NCBI GenBank assembly: GCA_046761005.1
Contig: JBHIFI010000003.1
Coordinates: 1 to 59,211 of the forward strand
Length of the DNA stretch: 59,211 nucleotides
DNA from: Thermoplasmata archaeon
Lineage (GTDB): Archaea; Thermoplasmatota; Thermoplasmata; RBG-16-68-12; JAGMCJ01
Direction of reading: 5' to 3'
How positions within the stretch are numbered: the stretch's first letter is position 1; every line of letters begins with the position of its first letter. Positions 1 to 11,340 of this stretch are shown one piece after another. Made by a program: the position numbers and the translations under genes. The notes beneath the pieces are model-generated. The model was not told where the DNA came from and did not search any database. It was given only the letters and a program-made list of their open reading frames with translations.

Positions 1-23
1 AGTAGCCCGAAATCTATTCTGAG

Positions 24-227
24 ATGATACCGGAAAAACCGCAGGGAGAGATACCCCAACCGCCGGAAAGGAGGAGGCCGCCCATAGTAGGCGAACCGCC
101 CTCACCGCTCTGGGCGGACATGAAGGACGAGCTCGATTCCATGAAGAAGGCGATTGCAGACCTCAGAAAGAGAGTGGAAGGGCTCGAAGGAAGGGTTTCC
201 GTACTCGAGGATGCAGTAAGGGGATAG
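24..227 (+). CDS. Hypothetical small protein (67 aa), Pro-rich N-terminus plus coiled-coil-like C-terminus
   Basis: ORF bounded by an in-frame TAG at 3-5 and a stop at 225-227. Heptad-like KKAIADLRKRVEGLEGRVSVLED. No family recognised. Antisense ORF 14..232 looks like a shadow. Confidence 0.35.
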   Translation: MIPEKPQGEIPQPPERRRPPIVGEPPSPLWADMKDELDSMKKAIADLRKRVEGLEGRVSVLEDAVRG

Positions 228-228
228 A

Positions 229-1326
229 TCACCTCCGAACCACTATGGTTACCACGTCCTCGTCCTTGAGCACGTGATTGAGCCCGACCATCTGTCCGGG
301 GAACTTTGCACTCTCACCCCAGACGTTCGCATATCTGAACTTCTGTCGGAAGTCCCTGTGGATAGCATCACAAACCATGCCGACAGTGGAACCCTGCTTC
401 ACAACGAGCGGCTCAGAGTAATCCACCTCCCCACCCTGAGGTTTCATGAAAATTCGAATGAATTCCAGCTCACTGAAAATATTCTCCCTCAGCCCATCCA
501 GCCCATCGCCCCTGAGGGCCGAGATAGGGAGAACGTTCCACTCCTTCAGTTTCCTCATGATGCGATAGATTTTCCTCTTTCGCACGAGGTCGATTTTGTT
601 TAGCACGACGAAGGCGGGTATGTAGGCCTTGTTCCCCGCCAGAAAATCGACGAGCCTGGACTCGGTGACATCTTCTCTAATGATAACATCAGCGTTGACA
701 TATCCCCATTCGCGGATCATGCCTTCTATTACACCTTCTCCCACGTGTGTGAGCTTCTTTGTAGAGCTCACGGTGAGGCCACCCCTGTCTCTGCTCTTGA
801 TTATGATCTCTGGCTTCTTCTGATTGAGCCTTATCCCTCCCGCCTCCAACTCGTCGGTGAGTAGGCTTACGTCCCACTCGTTGACATCCACAACTAGGAG
901 GATGAGATCGGAGGACCTCGCAACGGAAAGGACCTCGCGGCCCCTTCCCCGTCCTCGAGCGGCCCCATCGATCAGACCGGGCATGTCGAACAGCTGGAAT
1001 TTGGCACCTCGATAGTGCATCACTCCAGGTATCACGTTGAGCGTGGTGAAGTCGTATTCTCCGACCTCGCTCTCGGCGTTGGTGAGTTGATTGAGGAGCG
1101 TGCTCTTCCCCACATTCGGAAGACCAACGATCCCCACCGTCGCATTTCCTGACTTTCGGATGCCAAAGCCCTTCGCCTCTCCCCTTCCAGGTCCCTTTTC
1201 CAGCTTCTCCTTGAGTTTGGCAAGCCTCGCCTTTAGCTTGCCTATGTGATGCTCCGTCGCCTTATTGACGGGAGTTCGATGAATCTCCTCCTCAATCTCT
1301 CTTATGTGATCCTCGATCTTACCCAT
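229..1326 (-). CDS. DRG/Obg-family GTP-binding protein with C-terminal TGS domain
   Basis: G1 GLPNVGKST, G3 DMPGL, G4 NKID, TGS-like tail VVKQGSTVGMVCDAIHRDF. The ORF-track start at 1353 is TTG. The ATG at 1326 gives MGKIEDHIREIEEEI, a typical DRG N-terminus, with AGGTGG upstream. Confidence 0.9.
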   Translation of the reverse strand: MGKIEDHIREIEEEIHRTPVNKATEHHIGKLKARLAKLKEKLEKGPGRGEAKGFGIRKSGNATVGIVGLPNVGKSTLLNQLTNAESEVGEYDFTTLNVIPGVMHYRGAKFQLFDMPGLIDGAARGRGRGREVLSVARSSDLILLVVDVNEWDVSLLTDELEAGGIRLNQKKPEIIIKSRDRGGLTVSSTKKLTHVGEGVIEGMIREWGYVNADVIIREDVTESRLVDFLAGNKAYIPAFVVLNKIDLVRKRKIYRIMRKLKEWNVLPISALRGDGLDGLRENIFSELEFIRIFMKPQGGEVDYSEPLVVKQGSTVGMVCDAIHRDFRQKFRYANVWGESAKFPGQMVGLNHVLKDEDVVTIVVRR

Positions 1327-1368
1327 CGAATAGAAAACCACCTGATCATTCAAAACGATTTCGTCCTC

Positions 1369-2322
1369 TCAGGGCTCCATCGTCGTCCCCGCGCGTCCCT
1401 CAAGAGCCTCTGGAAAACCATCCAGAGAGCAGACAATCGCTCTCTTTCCGCCGGCCTCCAGAAATTCGATGGCAGCTCTAATCTTGGGACCCATACTTCC
1501 GGGCGGGAACTGCTCCTCATCGAGATATCTCTTGGCATCCGCGAGCGTCATGGTATCCAAATCCACCTGGTCCTTACTTCCGAGGTTCAGAGAGACCTTC
1601 TCGACGTCCGTGATGAGGACGAGTGTCTCGGCCATGAGCTCCCTGGCCAGGAGGCTTGCTGTGCAATCCTTGTCTATTACGGCATCCACGCCCACGTAGT
1701 TGTTACCTTCCTTTACGACCGGGATTCCTCCGCCGCCGCCTACTATAATCACCTTTCCCCTGGGCTTCATTCTCAGGTACTCCCTAATCCCATCCATTAC
1801 GAGGACCTCGAGCGGCAGGGGTGAGGGAACCAATCTGCGGTACCCGCCGCGCACCTTGTCCTCCTTCATAATCCACCCCTTTTTCTTCATAAGATGCATT
1901 GCCCGCCTCTTTCTGTAGTACGGACCTACGGGCTTGGTGGGGTTGGCGAAAGCTTCATCCTTCATGTCAACGAGGACCTGGGAGACAAGGGCAAAGACTG
2001 GCCTCACCTCGTTCTGCCTTCTGAGCTCGCTGAGTATGTTCTGCTGTAGTACGTATCCTATTTGACCCTGGGATTCGGCCACGCAAACGTCCATGGGATT
2101 CGCGGGAACCTTCTCCCTTGCCTCTTCATTCTTGATAAGAATATTGCCCACTTGGGGTCCATTTCCGTGGGTCAGGATCACGTCATATCCTAGTTTGGCT
2201 AGATCGACTATATGAGGAGTGATCTTCTGCACGTTGTACTCCTGTTCCTCCACCGCATTGTTCCCTGAGGGAAGAATCGCGTTGCCTCCCACAGCTATTA
2301 CTATTCTGGGCAATGGCTTCAC
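1369..2322 (-). CDS. arcC: Carbamate kinase
   Basis: RIVIAVGGNAIL N-terminus, THGNGPQVG, C-terminal GSMGPKIRAAIEF; length 317 aa fits the family. Confidence 0.85.
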   Translation of the reverse strand: MKPLPRIVIAVGGNAILPSGNNAVEEQEYNVQKITPHIVDLAKLGYDVILTHGNGPQVGNILIKNEEAREKVPANPMDVCVAESQGQIGYVLQQNILSELRRQNEVRPVFALVSQVLVDMKDEAFANPTKPVGPYYRKRRAMHLMKKKGWIMKEDKVRGGYRRLVPSPLPLEVLVMDGIREYLRMKPRGKVIIVGGGGGIPVVKEGNNYVGVDAVIDKDCTASLLARELMAETLVLITDVEKVSLNLGSKDQVDLDTMTLADAKRYLDEEQFPPGSMGPKIRAAIEFLEAGGKRAIVCSLDGFPEALEGRAGTTMEP

Positions 2323-2402
2323 CAGAGAATTACAATCATCAACCCACTATCATATAAATCTTTCAGAAGCGTTTTATATGCAGAACAATCTTAGCATCCA
2401 CA

Positions 2403-3386
<984 letters not shown>

Positions 3387-3497
3387 ACGGGAGTGCTCAC
3401 GTTCTCCGCTCAAAATCCAGTGATGGCGAGTTCTGGACTAGCCCCGATTAGTGAAGCCTCTAAGTCAAGAAGCCAGTGGTGCTATGTATCCTCAGGC

Positions 3498-3887
3498 TCA
3501 CTTCCTTCCCAAATAGATTGCTCTCTTCTCTTCTCTGAAATCAGGATCTCCCGTGACGATCTTCGCATCAACATCTCTTGCGGTGGCGAGGATCAAGCTA
3601 TCGCCCAATCCCCGTCTCTTCTCGTGCCTTATCTTGGCCGCTTCCACAGCGATATCGGTTGAAACGTGAACTCCATGGCACCTCTCCCGGATGGTCAGAA
3701 TCGCTTCCTCCGCCGCCGCCTCATCGTAAAAGGCGAGAAACCATCTGTAAACCTCAGCAATATTGATTGTGGAAACGTAAGCCTCCTGCTGTCCTTCAAT
3801 GAACTTGGCGGCATCTTTACTCTTGGGACCTCTCCGCCAATACTCGATCCAAGCCCACGAATCGATTAGGATCTTAGAGCCTGTCAA
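3498..3887 (-). CDS. vapC: PIN-domain toxin (VapC-like)
   Basis: ILIDSWAWIEYW N-terminus, acidic residues spaced as in PIN domains (D..E..D), C-terminal IVTGDPDF. Overlaps the upstream small gene by 14 nt. Confidence 0.8.
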   Translation of the reverse strand: MTGSKILIDSWAWIEYWRRGPKSKDAAKFIEGQQEAYVSTINIAEVYRWFLAFYDEAAAEEAILTIRERCHGVHVSTDIAVEAAKIRHEKRRGLGDSLILATARDVDAKIVTGDPDFREEKRAIYLGRK

Positions 3888-4065
3888 TCTCTTCCCTCTT
3901 GAATGGTTTCAGCTTTGGATACCTCCCTCTTTGGGAGACCTTTAGGGTCTTGCTTGACCTTATGAGGCTTCTAATTAGCTCCTCGTAGGTCTCAACACCT
4001 TCCTCTTCCTTGAGTTTCCTCAATAGCTCAAGTGTTTTTTTGCCCACCTGAATAGTTGTTGACAT
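3874..4065 (-). CDS. Putative antitoxin partner of VapC (63 aa)
   Basis: Small basic/acidic ORF immediately upstream of the PIN gene and overlapping it. Typical TA operon geometry. Confidence 0.6.
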   Translation of the reverse strand: MSTTIQVGKKTLELLRKLKEEEGVETYEELIRSLIRSSKTLKVSQRGRYPKLKPFKREEIDRL

Positions 4066-4301
4066 GCTCTCACTATATTCCTATGGCACTATGGACTATA
4101 TAGCGATATCCCTGGTGACACATGCGAAAAAACCCGTAGAGGCACCGAAGCGGGAGGGATGACCACAGCACAGTGAAACCACCATTCAGGTCTTTGCTGC
4201 TGAAAAGATTTTTTTCCAGTCCAGTCATCAAAGCTTAAATATCTCGGTCACGATATAGATAACGATCCGATGGATGGGATGCATCCAGGGATGGTGATAG
4301 T

Positions 4302-6317
4302 TTGGCAGTCAAATCCGTAGCCGAAAGGTTAGCTCAGAAACAGAGGGAGATATCCGTATCCGAGTTCTTTGAGAGGAACAAGCACATTCTCGGTTTCGAC
4401 TCTCTTACAAGGGCGCTCATTACATCGGTGAAGGAGGGAGTGGAGAACAGTCTCGATGCTGCAGAAGAGGCGGGCATACTGCCCGAGATATATGTCGAAC
4501 TTGAGAGGCTCTCCAGGAACGAGTACAAGGTAGTGGTAGAGGACAACGGACCTGGAATCGTCAAGCGGGTTGTTCCCAAGATATTCGGGAAGCTGCTCTA
4601 CGGATCCAGATTCTACAGTCTGAGGCAGGCGAGAGGAGCTCAGGGTATCGGAATTTCCGCGGTCGTCATGTACGCACAGCTCACCACTGGAAGGCCGTCG
4701 AAGATAAGAACGAAGGTAAAGGAGAAGGATGTCGCCTACGAAATCGAGCTGATGCTTGACACGAAGAAGAATAGGCCTTTGAAAGTGAGGGATGACTTTG
4801 TTGTCTGGGACAAACCTCACGGGACGAGATTCGAAGCGACAGTACGTGGGAGATACGTTACTGGAAAGCAGTCCGTCTATGAGTATCTGCGAAGCACTGC
4901 GATAGTGAATCCTCACGCGAGAATCGTCTATAGATCGCCCAACGGTGAGGATATGGTTTTCGAGAGGGCGACGGAGGACCTCCCGGAGCTCACCAAGGAG
5001 ATCAAGCCCCATCCGCACGGAATTGAGCTGGGAATGCTAATGAAGATGGCCAAGTACACGAAGAGCATCAAGATGGTCTCTTTCCTCAAGACGGAGTTCG
5101 AGAGGATAAGCTATAGGGTCGCAAGAGAGATATGCCAGAAGGCGGAAATCCCAGAGGACCAGAAGCCGAAGAAGCTAACGCTCGAGCAAGGGAGGGCCAT
5201 TCTGAAGGCCATAAGAAAGGTCAAGATAATGTCCCCGCCAACGGATTGCCTTTCTCCAATAGGCGAGAGGCTTATAAGGAAGGGACTGAAGAATGTGCTT
5301 GGTGACCTCAAACCAGAATTCTACTGCCCGCCAGTGACGCGCGAGCCCTCAGTCTACTCGGGGAACCCATTCGTTGTGGAGGTGGGCATCGTTTACGGAG
5401 GCGATCTTCCAGCGGACCAGCCGGTTGAGGTCCTCAGATATGCGAATAGGGTCCCGCTTCTCTATCAGCAGGGTGGATGCGCCCTCACGGCTGGGTTGGA
5501 GCAAGTTGACTGGAGAAGATACGGGCTGGAACAGCGTGGGGGCAGGGGGCTTCCTTTTGGTCCGGCAATAATACTCGTTCATCTCGCCTCGACCAAGGTG
5601 CCCTTCACGTCAGAGGCAAAGGAGGCAGTTGCAAACATTCCTGTGATTACGGAAGAGATAAAGCGCGGTCTGATGGCATGCGGTAGAAGACTGAGGACGC
5701 ATCTTAACAAGAAGAAGAAAAGGGTGAAGACACAGGAGAAGTTCGAAATCGTTCAGAGGATTCTTCCTGAGATTGCGGTGAAGAGCGCAGGAATAGTACA
5801 CAAGTCCGTCCCAAATTTGGACCGGACAATCACAAAGATAATGGACGTCGTCTGGATAGACGAGAGGATAGATTACTCGAAGAAGAAGCACAAGGTGACG
5901 ATTGACGTATATAACTACACGCCCAAAGCAAAGAAATTCACTCTCCACGCTGTCCTACCAGATGGTAATCTCGACAGGAAATCCATAAACCCGAAGCCCA
6001 ACGAGATAAAGGACGGTGGGAAGATCACTTGGACTCTGAAGAGGATTCCCTCAACGAAGAAGGAGGAGGTTACCTTTGTTCTCTCCGGCTTGGACTCCGA
6101 TGATTACGACGAGACTGAGCTTTATGTTAGCGGGATAAACCCCCAGTATGTCATAGGCGCTGAGCCTCTGCCCGGTGACTGGGACATAGAAGTTAGAGAG
6201 TTCAAGAGGCTCGAGGCGGCTGAGGAAGCGCCCGAGGAGGAAATTGATTATGATGAGTTAGAGGAAGAACTTGAGGAGGATTCGTATGGAAAAGAACAGG
6301 AATCAGAAGCCTATTGA
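4302..6317 (+). CDS. top6B: DNA topoisomerase VI subunit B
   Basis: GHKL ATPase motifs ([20 protein letters not shown]), transducer region, acidic C-terminal tail. TTG start preceded by GGTGAT. TATA-like CTTAAATATC lies upstream. Confidence 0.95.
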   Translation: MAVKSVAERLAQKQREISVSEFFERNKHILGFDSLTRALITSVKEGVENSLDAAEEAGILPEIYVELERLSRNEYKVVVEDNGPGIVKRVVPKIFGKLLYGSRFYSLRQARGAQGIGISAVVMYAQLTTGRPSKIRTKVKEKDVAYEIELMLDTKKNRPLKVRDDFVVWDKPHGTRFEATVRGRYVTGKQSVYEYLRSTAIVNPHARIVYRSPNGEDMVFERATEDLPELTKEIKPHPHGIELGMLMKMAKYTKSIKMVSFLKTEFERISYRVAREICQKAEIPEDQKPKKLTLEQGRAILKAIRKVKIMSPPTDCLSPIGERLIRKGLKNVLGDLKPEFYCPPVTREPSVYSGNPFVVEVGIVYGGDLPADQPVEVLRYANRVPLLYQQGGCALTAGLEQVDWRRYGLEQRGGRGLPFGPAIILVHLASTKVPFTSEAKEAVANIPVITEEIKRGLMACGRRLRTHLNKKKKRVKTQEKFEIVQRILPEIAVKSAGIVHKSVPNLDRTITKIMDVVWIDERIDYSKKKHKVTIDVYNYTPKAKKFTLHAVLPDGNLDRKSINPKPNEIKDGGKITWTLKRIPSTKKEEVTFVLSGLDSDDYDETELYVSGINPQYVIGAEPLPGDWDIEVREFKRLEAAEEAPEEEIDYDELEEELEEDSYGKEQESEAY

Positions 6318-7383
6318 CGAGCTTTATCACATTGCCGAGAGCATTTACAGCCAACTCCATTCTGGTGATGTCCCCAAGATGAGCATTCCACTAAGAACTA
6401 AGAGCAACATAAGCTTCATGCCCAGGAAGGGCGTCTGGAAATATGGTAGGGCGAAGGGAGCAAGAACCGCCAAGAAGATACGAGGGGCCTATATGCTCCT
6501 CCGCACGATGTACATGCTCGATTTCATAAAGGAGATGATGGAGCAGAATAAGTCGTCCACGCTCAGGGAGATGTACTACATATCCGAGGGATGGGGTCAA
6601 GCGAAGTTCGGATCGCAGAATGAATCTAACCACCTCGCAGAGGATATCGAGATTATCACGGGGTGCATGCGTGAGGACTTCAAGCTTAGGCCCGAGGAGG
6701 ATGGAGCCAGATTGATTGGAAACCTCACGATTGAAGAGACAAATAGGAGGGGGGAGAAGATGAAAATCAACTGCCGCGATGATGTGGGCGATTCAGGCTA
6801 CGGAATTCCGTACAATGTTGAGAAGGAGAAACTTCGCCTCCTCAATGTCGACGCGGATTTCGCCATAGCGATAGAAACTGGCGGTATGTTCGACAGGCTC
6901 GTTGAGAACGGTTTCGACGAATCCTCAAGGTGCATTCTAATTCATCTGAAGGGTCAGCCCGCCCGCTCGACACGAAGATTCATGAAGCGCTTGAATGAGG
7001 AGATGAACGTCCCATTGATCGTGTTTACGGATGGCGATCCCTGGTCTTTTAGAATATTCGCATCCGTGGCCTACGGGGCGATAAAGACAGCACACATCTC
7101 GGAGTACTTAGCGACACCCACGGCTGTTTTCTTGGGGATAACGTCCTCGGACATACTGAATTACGAGCTTCCCACGGACAAGCTGAGCGCGCAGGACATC
7201 AAAGCTCTTGAGTCCGAACTCACTGACCCGAGATTCAAGGACAGATTCTGGAAGGACGAGATAGAGCTGATGCTCAAGATGAAGAAGAAGGCAGAGCAGC
7301 AGGCGCTGGCGAAGTACGGGTTGGATTTCGCTACGGATACCTATCTGCCGGAAAAGCTGAGCCAACTAGGTCTGATGAAGTAG
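6286..7383 (+). CDS. top6A: DNA topoisomerase VI subunit A (Spo11-like)
   Basis: Winged-helix/Toprim architecture: TLREMYYIS with the catalytic Tyr region, [23 protein letters not shown] at 6286 preceded by GAGGAGGA. 32-nt overlap with top6B. Confidence 0.95.
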   Translation: MEKNRNQKPIDELYHIAESIYSQLHSGDVPKMSIPLRTKSNISFMPRKGVWKYGRAKGARTAKKIRGAYMLLRTMYMLDFIKEMMEQNKSSTLREMYYISEGWGQAKFGSQNESNHLAEDIEIITGCMREDFKLRPEEDGARLIGNLTIEETNRRGEKMKINCRDDVGDSGYGIPYNVEKEKLRLLNVDADFAIAIETGGMFDRLVENGFDESSRCILIHLKGQPARSTRRFMKRLNEEMNVPLIVFTDGDPWSFRIFASVAYGAIKTAHISEYLATPTAVFLGITSSDILNYELPTDKLSAQDIKALESELTDPRFKDRFWKDEIELMLKMKKKAEQQALAKYGLDFATDTYLPEKLSQLGLMK

Positions 7384-7435
7384 CGTCGCATTGGCGGGCA
7401 CAGCCTTATAAGAGAACTCTGTCTTATGACAGCCG

Positions 7436-8302
7436 ATGAAGATTCGGCCAGAGTGCTTTCCTTGCCTCCTCAGGCGCTCTCTTTATGAAACGAATCTCGT
7501 GAATCCTGAGCTTGGCTACGAGGCGATGAAGGTCGCTGCTGAGATCCTCCTGCGCGAGTTCGATCGGAATGCGAACTCGGCCGAGGTGGCAACCAAGGTC
7601 CATAGGGCAGTCTATGACTTGCTGGGCACAGAGGATCCGTACAGGGAGATGAAGAGAAGAAGTAATGAGATCGCACGGAAGCTCTTTCCCCGAGCGGAGG
7701 GCCTCATTCGGGAGTCCCAAGATCCATTCAAGGCAGCTGTGATATGTTCAATCGCGGGAAACGTTCTGGATTTTGGAATAAGATCGAAAATTAGCGGGCC
7801 AGAGGAGCTCGAGCCCGTTTTCGAGAAGATATATGCTGAGGGATTGGGACACGACGGTACTCCTCAAATCAAGGAGATACTAGCAGAATCGGAGGAGGTT
7901 CTTCTTTTCGGAGACAATGCCGGTGAGATAGTGTTCGACAGGCTTCTCATCGAGGAACTGAAGAAGTTTGGCGGGAAGGTCGCGTATGTTGTAAGGGGCA
8001 AGCCGATACTGACCGATGCAACCATTGAGGATGTTCGTGAGTTCCATCTAGATGAGATGGTAGATGAGATTCTGACGACCAATGCATTCGCGGTCGGTGT
8101 GGACTTCAACCGCTTGGATAGCACTCTGAAAGAAAAGTTGGAGAAAGCTGACTTGATAATCTGCAAGGGTATGGCGAACTGGGAGTCCTTTTCTGATCAG
8201 GATTACAGGCCAATCGCCTATCTGGTTCATGCGAAATGCAAACCTGTGGCGGAAAGCATGGGCGTCCCGCTCGACCGAAGCTCTGCGAAGCTTTTCGAAT
8301 GA
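7436..8302 (+). CDS. DUF89/ARMT1-like damage-control phosphatase family protein
   Basis: N-terminal CFPCLLRR, GDNAGEIVFD, KGMANWESF; all are typical of DUF89 proteins. Confidence 0.8.
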   Translation: MKIRPECFPCLLRRSLYETNLVNPELGYEAMKVAAEILLREFDRNANSAEVATKVHRAVYDLLGTEDPYREMKRRSNEIARKLFPRAEGLIRESQDPFKAAVICSIAGNVLDFGIRSKISGPEELEPVFEKIYAEGLGHDGTPQIKEILAESEEVLLFGDNAGEIVFDRLLIEELKKFGGKVAYVVRGKPILTDATIEDVREFHLDEMVDEILTTNAFAVGVDFNRLDSTLKEKLEKADLIICKGMANWESFSDQDYRPIAYLVHAKCKPVAESMGVPLDRSSAKLFE

Positions 8303-8303
8303 T

Positions 8304-8885
8304 TCATTCCTGCAAAGAGTTCTCTTTTTCTTTTGAGCGGGCGAAAAGGATCATCTGAATGGAGACCACGAGGACCCATATGATGGCTTCAAGCACGGCT
8401 ATGGTTTCCATAAGTGGCCCCGTTCCAAGCGGGATCACAAGGAAAAAAGAGAATATGATGATGATTGTGAGCGGTGCAGCTATGCGCCGGAAGACGGTAG
8501 AATGAATCATTGGCCGAGCCAAGATCACTAATGCGATGCCAAAGAACAGAAAGAAGGAGACACTGACGATGTGATGTATTGGCTTTACATCTTCGGGAAA
8601 GAGTCCTATGAGGAACAAAAAGACGCCTGCCAGAACAAGGACGATGCTGCCCAGCCTTCCCAGTATGTGCTCGCGTAGAGTCTGCCATATTCCCCAAGCA
8701 AATGGCATTCCAATGAGCGCTGTGGACATCAGTCCAAGATTGAAGGCTAGAGCTCCATCTCTTATGCCCAGATCGCTCAGATAGTTCCCGCCAAAACTGT
8801 ACCAGGGACTCAATGACCAGGCTATGCTGTATCCCACTAAGAAGCAGATCACAAGTATAAGCCCGCTAGAACCTCCTATCTTCAT
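8304..8885 (-). CDS. Polytopic membrane protein (DUF998-like)
   Basis: About 6 hydrophobic helices and a YLSDLG motif. Start moved to the ATG at 8885 (MKIGGSS), because the longer ORF runs toward the tRNA gene. Confidence 0.65.
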   Translation of the reverse strand: MKIGGSSGLILVICFLVGYSIAWSLSPWYSFGGNYLSDLGIRDGALAFNLGLMSTALIGMPFAWGIWQTLREHILGRLGSIVLVLAGVFLFLIGLFPEDVKPIHHIVSVSFFLFFGIALVILARPMIHSTVFRRIAAPLTIIIIFSFFLVIPLGTGPLMETIAVLEAIIWVLVVSIQMILFARSKEKENSLQE

Positions 8886-8997
8886 TGCGTTGTGTCGCAT
8901 ATTGAAGTCGCCGATGCACGCGGGAGGATGAATACTTTCGCTTCCGTGACGTTGCCAGGTGCACATACCAAAGATTGGACATTGGACAGAATGAAAG

Positions 8998-9071
8998 TGC
9001 CCGAGCCGGAATTCGAATCCGGGTCCGAAGCTCCGCAGGCTTCCAGGATATCCAAGCTACCCCACTCGGGC
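8998..9071 (-). tRNA. tRNA-Arg (anticodon GCG), 74 nt, no encoded CCA, no intron
   Basis: Reverse complement is GCCCGAGTGGGGTAGCTTGGATATCCTGGAAGCCTGCGGAGCTTCGGACCCGGATTCGAATTCCGGCTCGGGCA. It has a 7-bp acceptor stem GCCCGAG/CTCGGGC. The anticodon stem is GAAGC/GCTTC with loop CUGCGGA. The T arm is CCGGA-TTCGAAT-TCCGG. D-arm register is ambiguous by eye. Confidence 0.85.
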
Positions 9072-9095
9072 TCATTTCTGTCATATTCCGCAGCC

Positions 9096-9103
9096 TTTAA
9101 TTT
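9096..9103 (-). promoter_or_regulatory. TATA-like box (AAATTAAA) for tRNA-Arg
   Basis: Lies 25-32 nt upstream of the tRNA 5' end, matching the canonical archaeal TATA position. Confidence 0.4.
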
Positions 9104-9262
9104 GTTTCGCCCGCCTAACATCGTCCGATCTCGACTTGAAGGATGCGAAGAATCTTTGACGAAATCGGCTGTTGCGAGTCGGAGAAGCGCCAACCTCATG
9201 ACTTTTCACGCAACCTTTATTTTCAGACTTGGCATAGAGACTGCTCCCCGGAGGTGGGGATT

Positions 9263-10153
9263 GTGTACGAAGTCAGATTTCATGGAAGAGGAGGACAGGG
9301 AGCTGTCATGGCGGCTCAGGCATTGGCGGACGCTGCATTCGTGGAAGGCAACTACGCAGTCGCCTTCCCATGGTTCGGTGCAGAGAGAAGAGGCGCCCCT
9401 GTGCTTGCATTCGCGAGGGTCGATGAGAACAAGATAAACGTCAAGACGAGGGTGTACAACCCCGACTACATCGTTGTCCTTGATGACAAGCTCATAGATT
9501 TTGTGAATGTTGCCGAGGGTCTATCTCCCGACGGAATGGCCATACTGAATTCCTCACTCGATCCTGAGGAGGTCGATATAGGGATATCGGTGGAGACCGC
9601 AACGGTGGATGCCACATCTGTGGCCCTTGAGGTCCTTGGAGTTCCAATAACAAATAGCGCCATATTGGGCGCATTCGCTTGGGCAACCCGCCGTGTCTCT
9701 CTCGATTCGGTCAAGCGGGGGATCATGGATGTGTTCGGTCCCAGGATAGGAGAGGAAGCGGCGAAGAAGAACGCCGAAGCGGCTGCCGCTGCACACGATA
9801 GGGTCAAGATTGGAAAGTGCAGGGGTGAAAGGAAGTATCCCGAGGCCAAGAAGTGGCTTCCCAACTACAAGGAGCTTCCCCTGAGCCTTGCGACCAAGCC
9901 GATGAAGACAGATGCCGGACACGTGGGACCAGGCAGTTCTATGGACAACAGGACGGGCAGCTGGAGGACGTTCACCCCAGAATTTGATGATGAGGCGTGT
10001 ACGAACTGCTTGCTCTGCTGGTTTTACTGTCCCGATTCGGCGATCAAGCGGCTGGAGCCTCCCCAGAAAATCGGATTTGATATGGATTACTGCAAGGGTT
10101 GCGGGGTTTGCGCAGAGGTTTGCCCCACTGATGCGATAGAGATGGTGAGATAA
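9263..10153 (+). CDS. Pyruvate/2-oxoacid:ferredoxin oxidoreductase, fused gamma-delta subunit
   Basis: N-terminal gamma motif FHGRGGQGAV..FGAERRGAP. C-terminal delta with two 4Fe-4S motifs, CTNCLLCWFYCP and CKGCGVCAEVCP. GTG at 9263 is preceded by GGAGGTG (9250-9256) and TATA-like CTTTATTTT (9215-9223). The ORF-track start at 9143 is probably over-extended. Confidence 0.85.
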   Translation: MYEVRFHGRGGQGAVMAAQALADAAFVEGNYAVAFPWFGAERRGAPVLAFARVDENKINVKTRVYNPDYIVVLDDKLIDFVNVAEGLSPDGMAILNSSLDPEEVDIGISVETATVDATSVALEVLGVPITNSAILGAFAWATRRVSLDSVKRGIMDVFGPRIGEEAAKKNAEAAAAAHDRVKIGKCRGERKYPEAKKWLPNYKELPLSLATKPMKTDAGHVGPGSSMDNRTGSWRTFTPEFDDEACTNCLLCWFYCPDSAIKRLEPPQKIGFDMDYCKGCGVCAEVCPTDAIEMVR

Positions 10154-11340
10154 TGGTAGAGAAAAGAGTTATCACAGGGAATTACTCCGCCGCATATGGA
10201 GCGCTGCTTTCGCGGGCTGAGGTGATAGCCGCGTACCCCATAACACCACAGACGTTCATAGTGGAGCACATATCAGAATTCGTGAGCGATGGGCTTCTCG
10301 ATGCTGAGTACATGCCTGTCGAGAGCGAGCATAGTGCTATGAGCGCCTGCGTGGCTGCGGTTGCAACCGGCGTAAGGGCTTTCACGGCGACAGCATCGCA
10401 GGGTCTTGCGCTGATGCATGAAGTCCTCTATGTTGCGGCTGGCCTTCATCTTCCTATGGTGATGGCCGTTGTCAACAGGACGCTTGCTTCTCCGATTGGT
10501 ATATGGTGCGAGCACAACGATACCATGGCGGAGAGGGACAGCGGCTGGATGCAGTGCTACGTTGAGAACAACCAGGAAGTGCTAGACATGGTGATTCAGG
10601 CTTACAAGGTTGGAGAGGACGATAAGGTCCTTCTTCCCGCGATGGTGAATCTCGATGCGTTCATTCTCTCTCACACCGTCGAGCCGGTTGAGTTCCCTGA
10701 CCAGAAGGACGTGGATGAGTTCCTTCCTCGCTACGACCCGAAGCATGCATACCTCAGGTCGGACGACCCAATGGTCGTGGGATCCTTTTCCTCTCCCGAG
10801 TACATACAGGAGTTCAGATATCAGACTGAGGAGACCTTTCACAATGCCAAGGATGTGATTAAGCGGGTAAATGACGAGTACGCGAGGGAATTCGGAAGGG
10901 ATTACGGCGGAGCGGTTGAGGAATACAGAATGGATGACGCAGAGGCAGCACTGATGACGCTCGGGACGGTGACCTCAACGGCGCGGGATGTCGTTGATGA
11001 GTACAGGGAGAAGGGAAAGAGGGTCGGCTTGGTGAAGATGAGGTGGTTCCGTCCCTATCCAACCGAGATTGTAAGAGACATCGCGTCGAGGATCAAAGCG
11101 CTGGGCGTCTACGACAGGGCGATCTCCTTCGGTTCTGGCGGGCCCAGCTACATTGACACAAGGAACGCCCTCTACGGCCATTCAACGATTCCAGTCATAG
11201 GATTCCTGGCGGGCCTCGGAGGCAGGGACGTCATGGTGCAGGATATCCGACTGATGTTCGACAGGACCCTGGAAGCCGCCAATAAGGGAAGGGCCGACCG
11301 GGAGATTGTGTGGGTTGGAACCAGGGGGGTGGAAGCATGA
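10153..11340 (+). CDS. porA: Pyruvate:ferredoxin oxidoreductase alpha subunit
   Basis: GNYSAAYGA..AAYPITPQT N-terminus, ESEHSAMSA, 395 aa. The ATG overlaps the previous stop (TAATG). Confidence 0.9.
   Translation: MVEKRVITGNYSAAYGALLSRAEVIAAYPITPQTFIVEHISEFVSDGLLDAEYMPVESEHSAMSACVAAVATGVRAFTATASQGLALMHEVLYVAAGLHLPMVMAVVNRTLASPIGIWCEHNDTMAERDSGWMQCYVENNQEVLDMVIQAYKVGEDDKVLLPAMVNLDAFILSHTVEPVEFPDQKDVDEFLPRYDPKHAYLRSDDPMVVGSFSSPEYIQEFRYQTEETFHNAKDVIKRVNDEYAREFGRDYGGAVEEYRMDDAEAALMTLGTVTSTARDVVDEYREKGKRVGLVKMRWFRPYPTEIVRDIASRIKALGVYDRAISFGSGGPSYIDTRNALYGHSTIPVIGFLAGLGGRDVMVQDIRLMFDRTLEAANKGRADREIVWVGTRGVEA

Noticed and set aside
4329-5018. Long antisense ORFs inside well-supported genes. Examples: 4329..5018 in top6B, 11538..12143 in porB, 19786..20610 in mfnA, 42955..43650 and 45610..46269 in the subtilase, 51222..51767, 52052..52597 in the KaiC-like gene and 28239..28742 in radB.
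   Set aside because: Each lies fully within a gene with clear family motifs on the opposite strand. Their translations are low-complexity (Ser/Arg/Leu/Pro-rich) with no recognisable motifs. They are typical shadow ORFs of a moderately GC-rich genome.
8886-9262. tRNA-Arg as an integration hotspot (searched the flanks for an integrase or a duplicated tRNA 3' end).
   Set aside because: The flanks hold only a DUF998-like gene and the por operon promoter. No integrase and no direct repeat of the tRNA 3' half were seen.
9143-9262. The 40-codon N-terminal extension of the POR gamma-delta ORF as a real domain.
   Set aside because: The sequence (MRRIFDEIGCCESEKRQ...) has no family resemblance. It overlaps the intergenic promoter region shared with the tRNA, and a strong SD plus GTG lies at the family-typical N-terminus.
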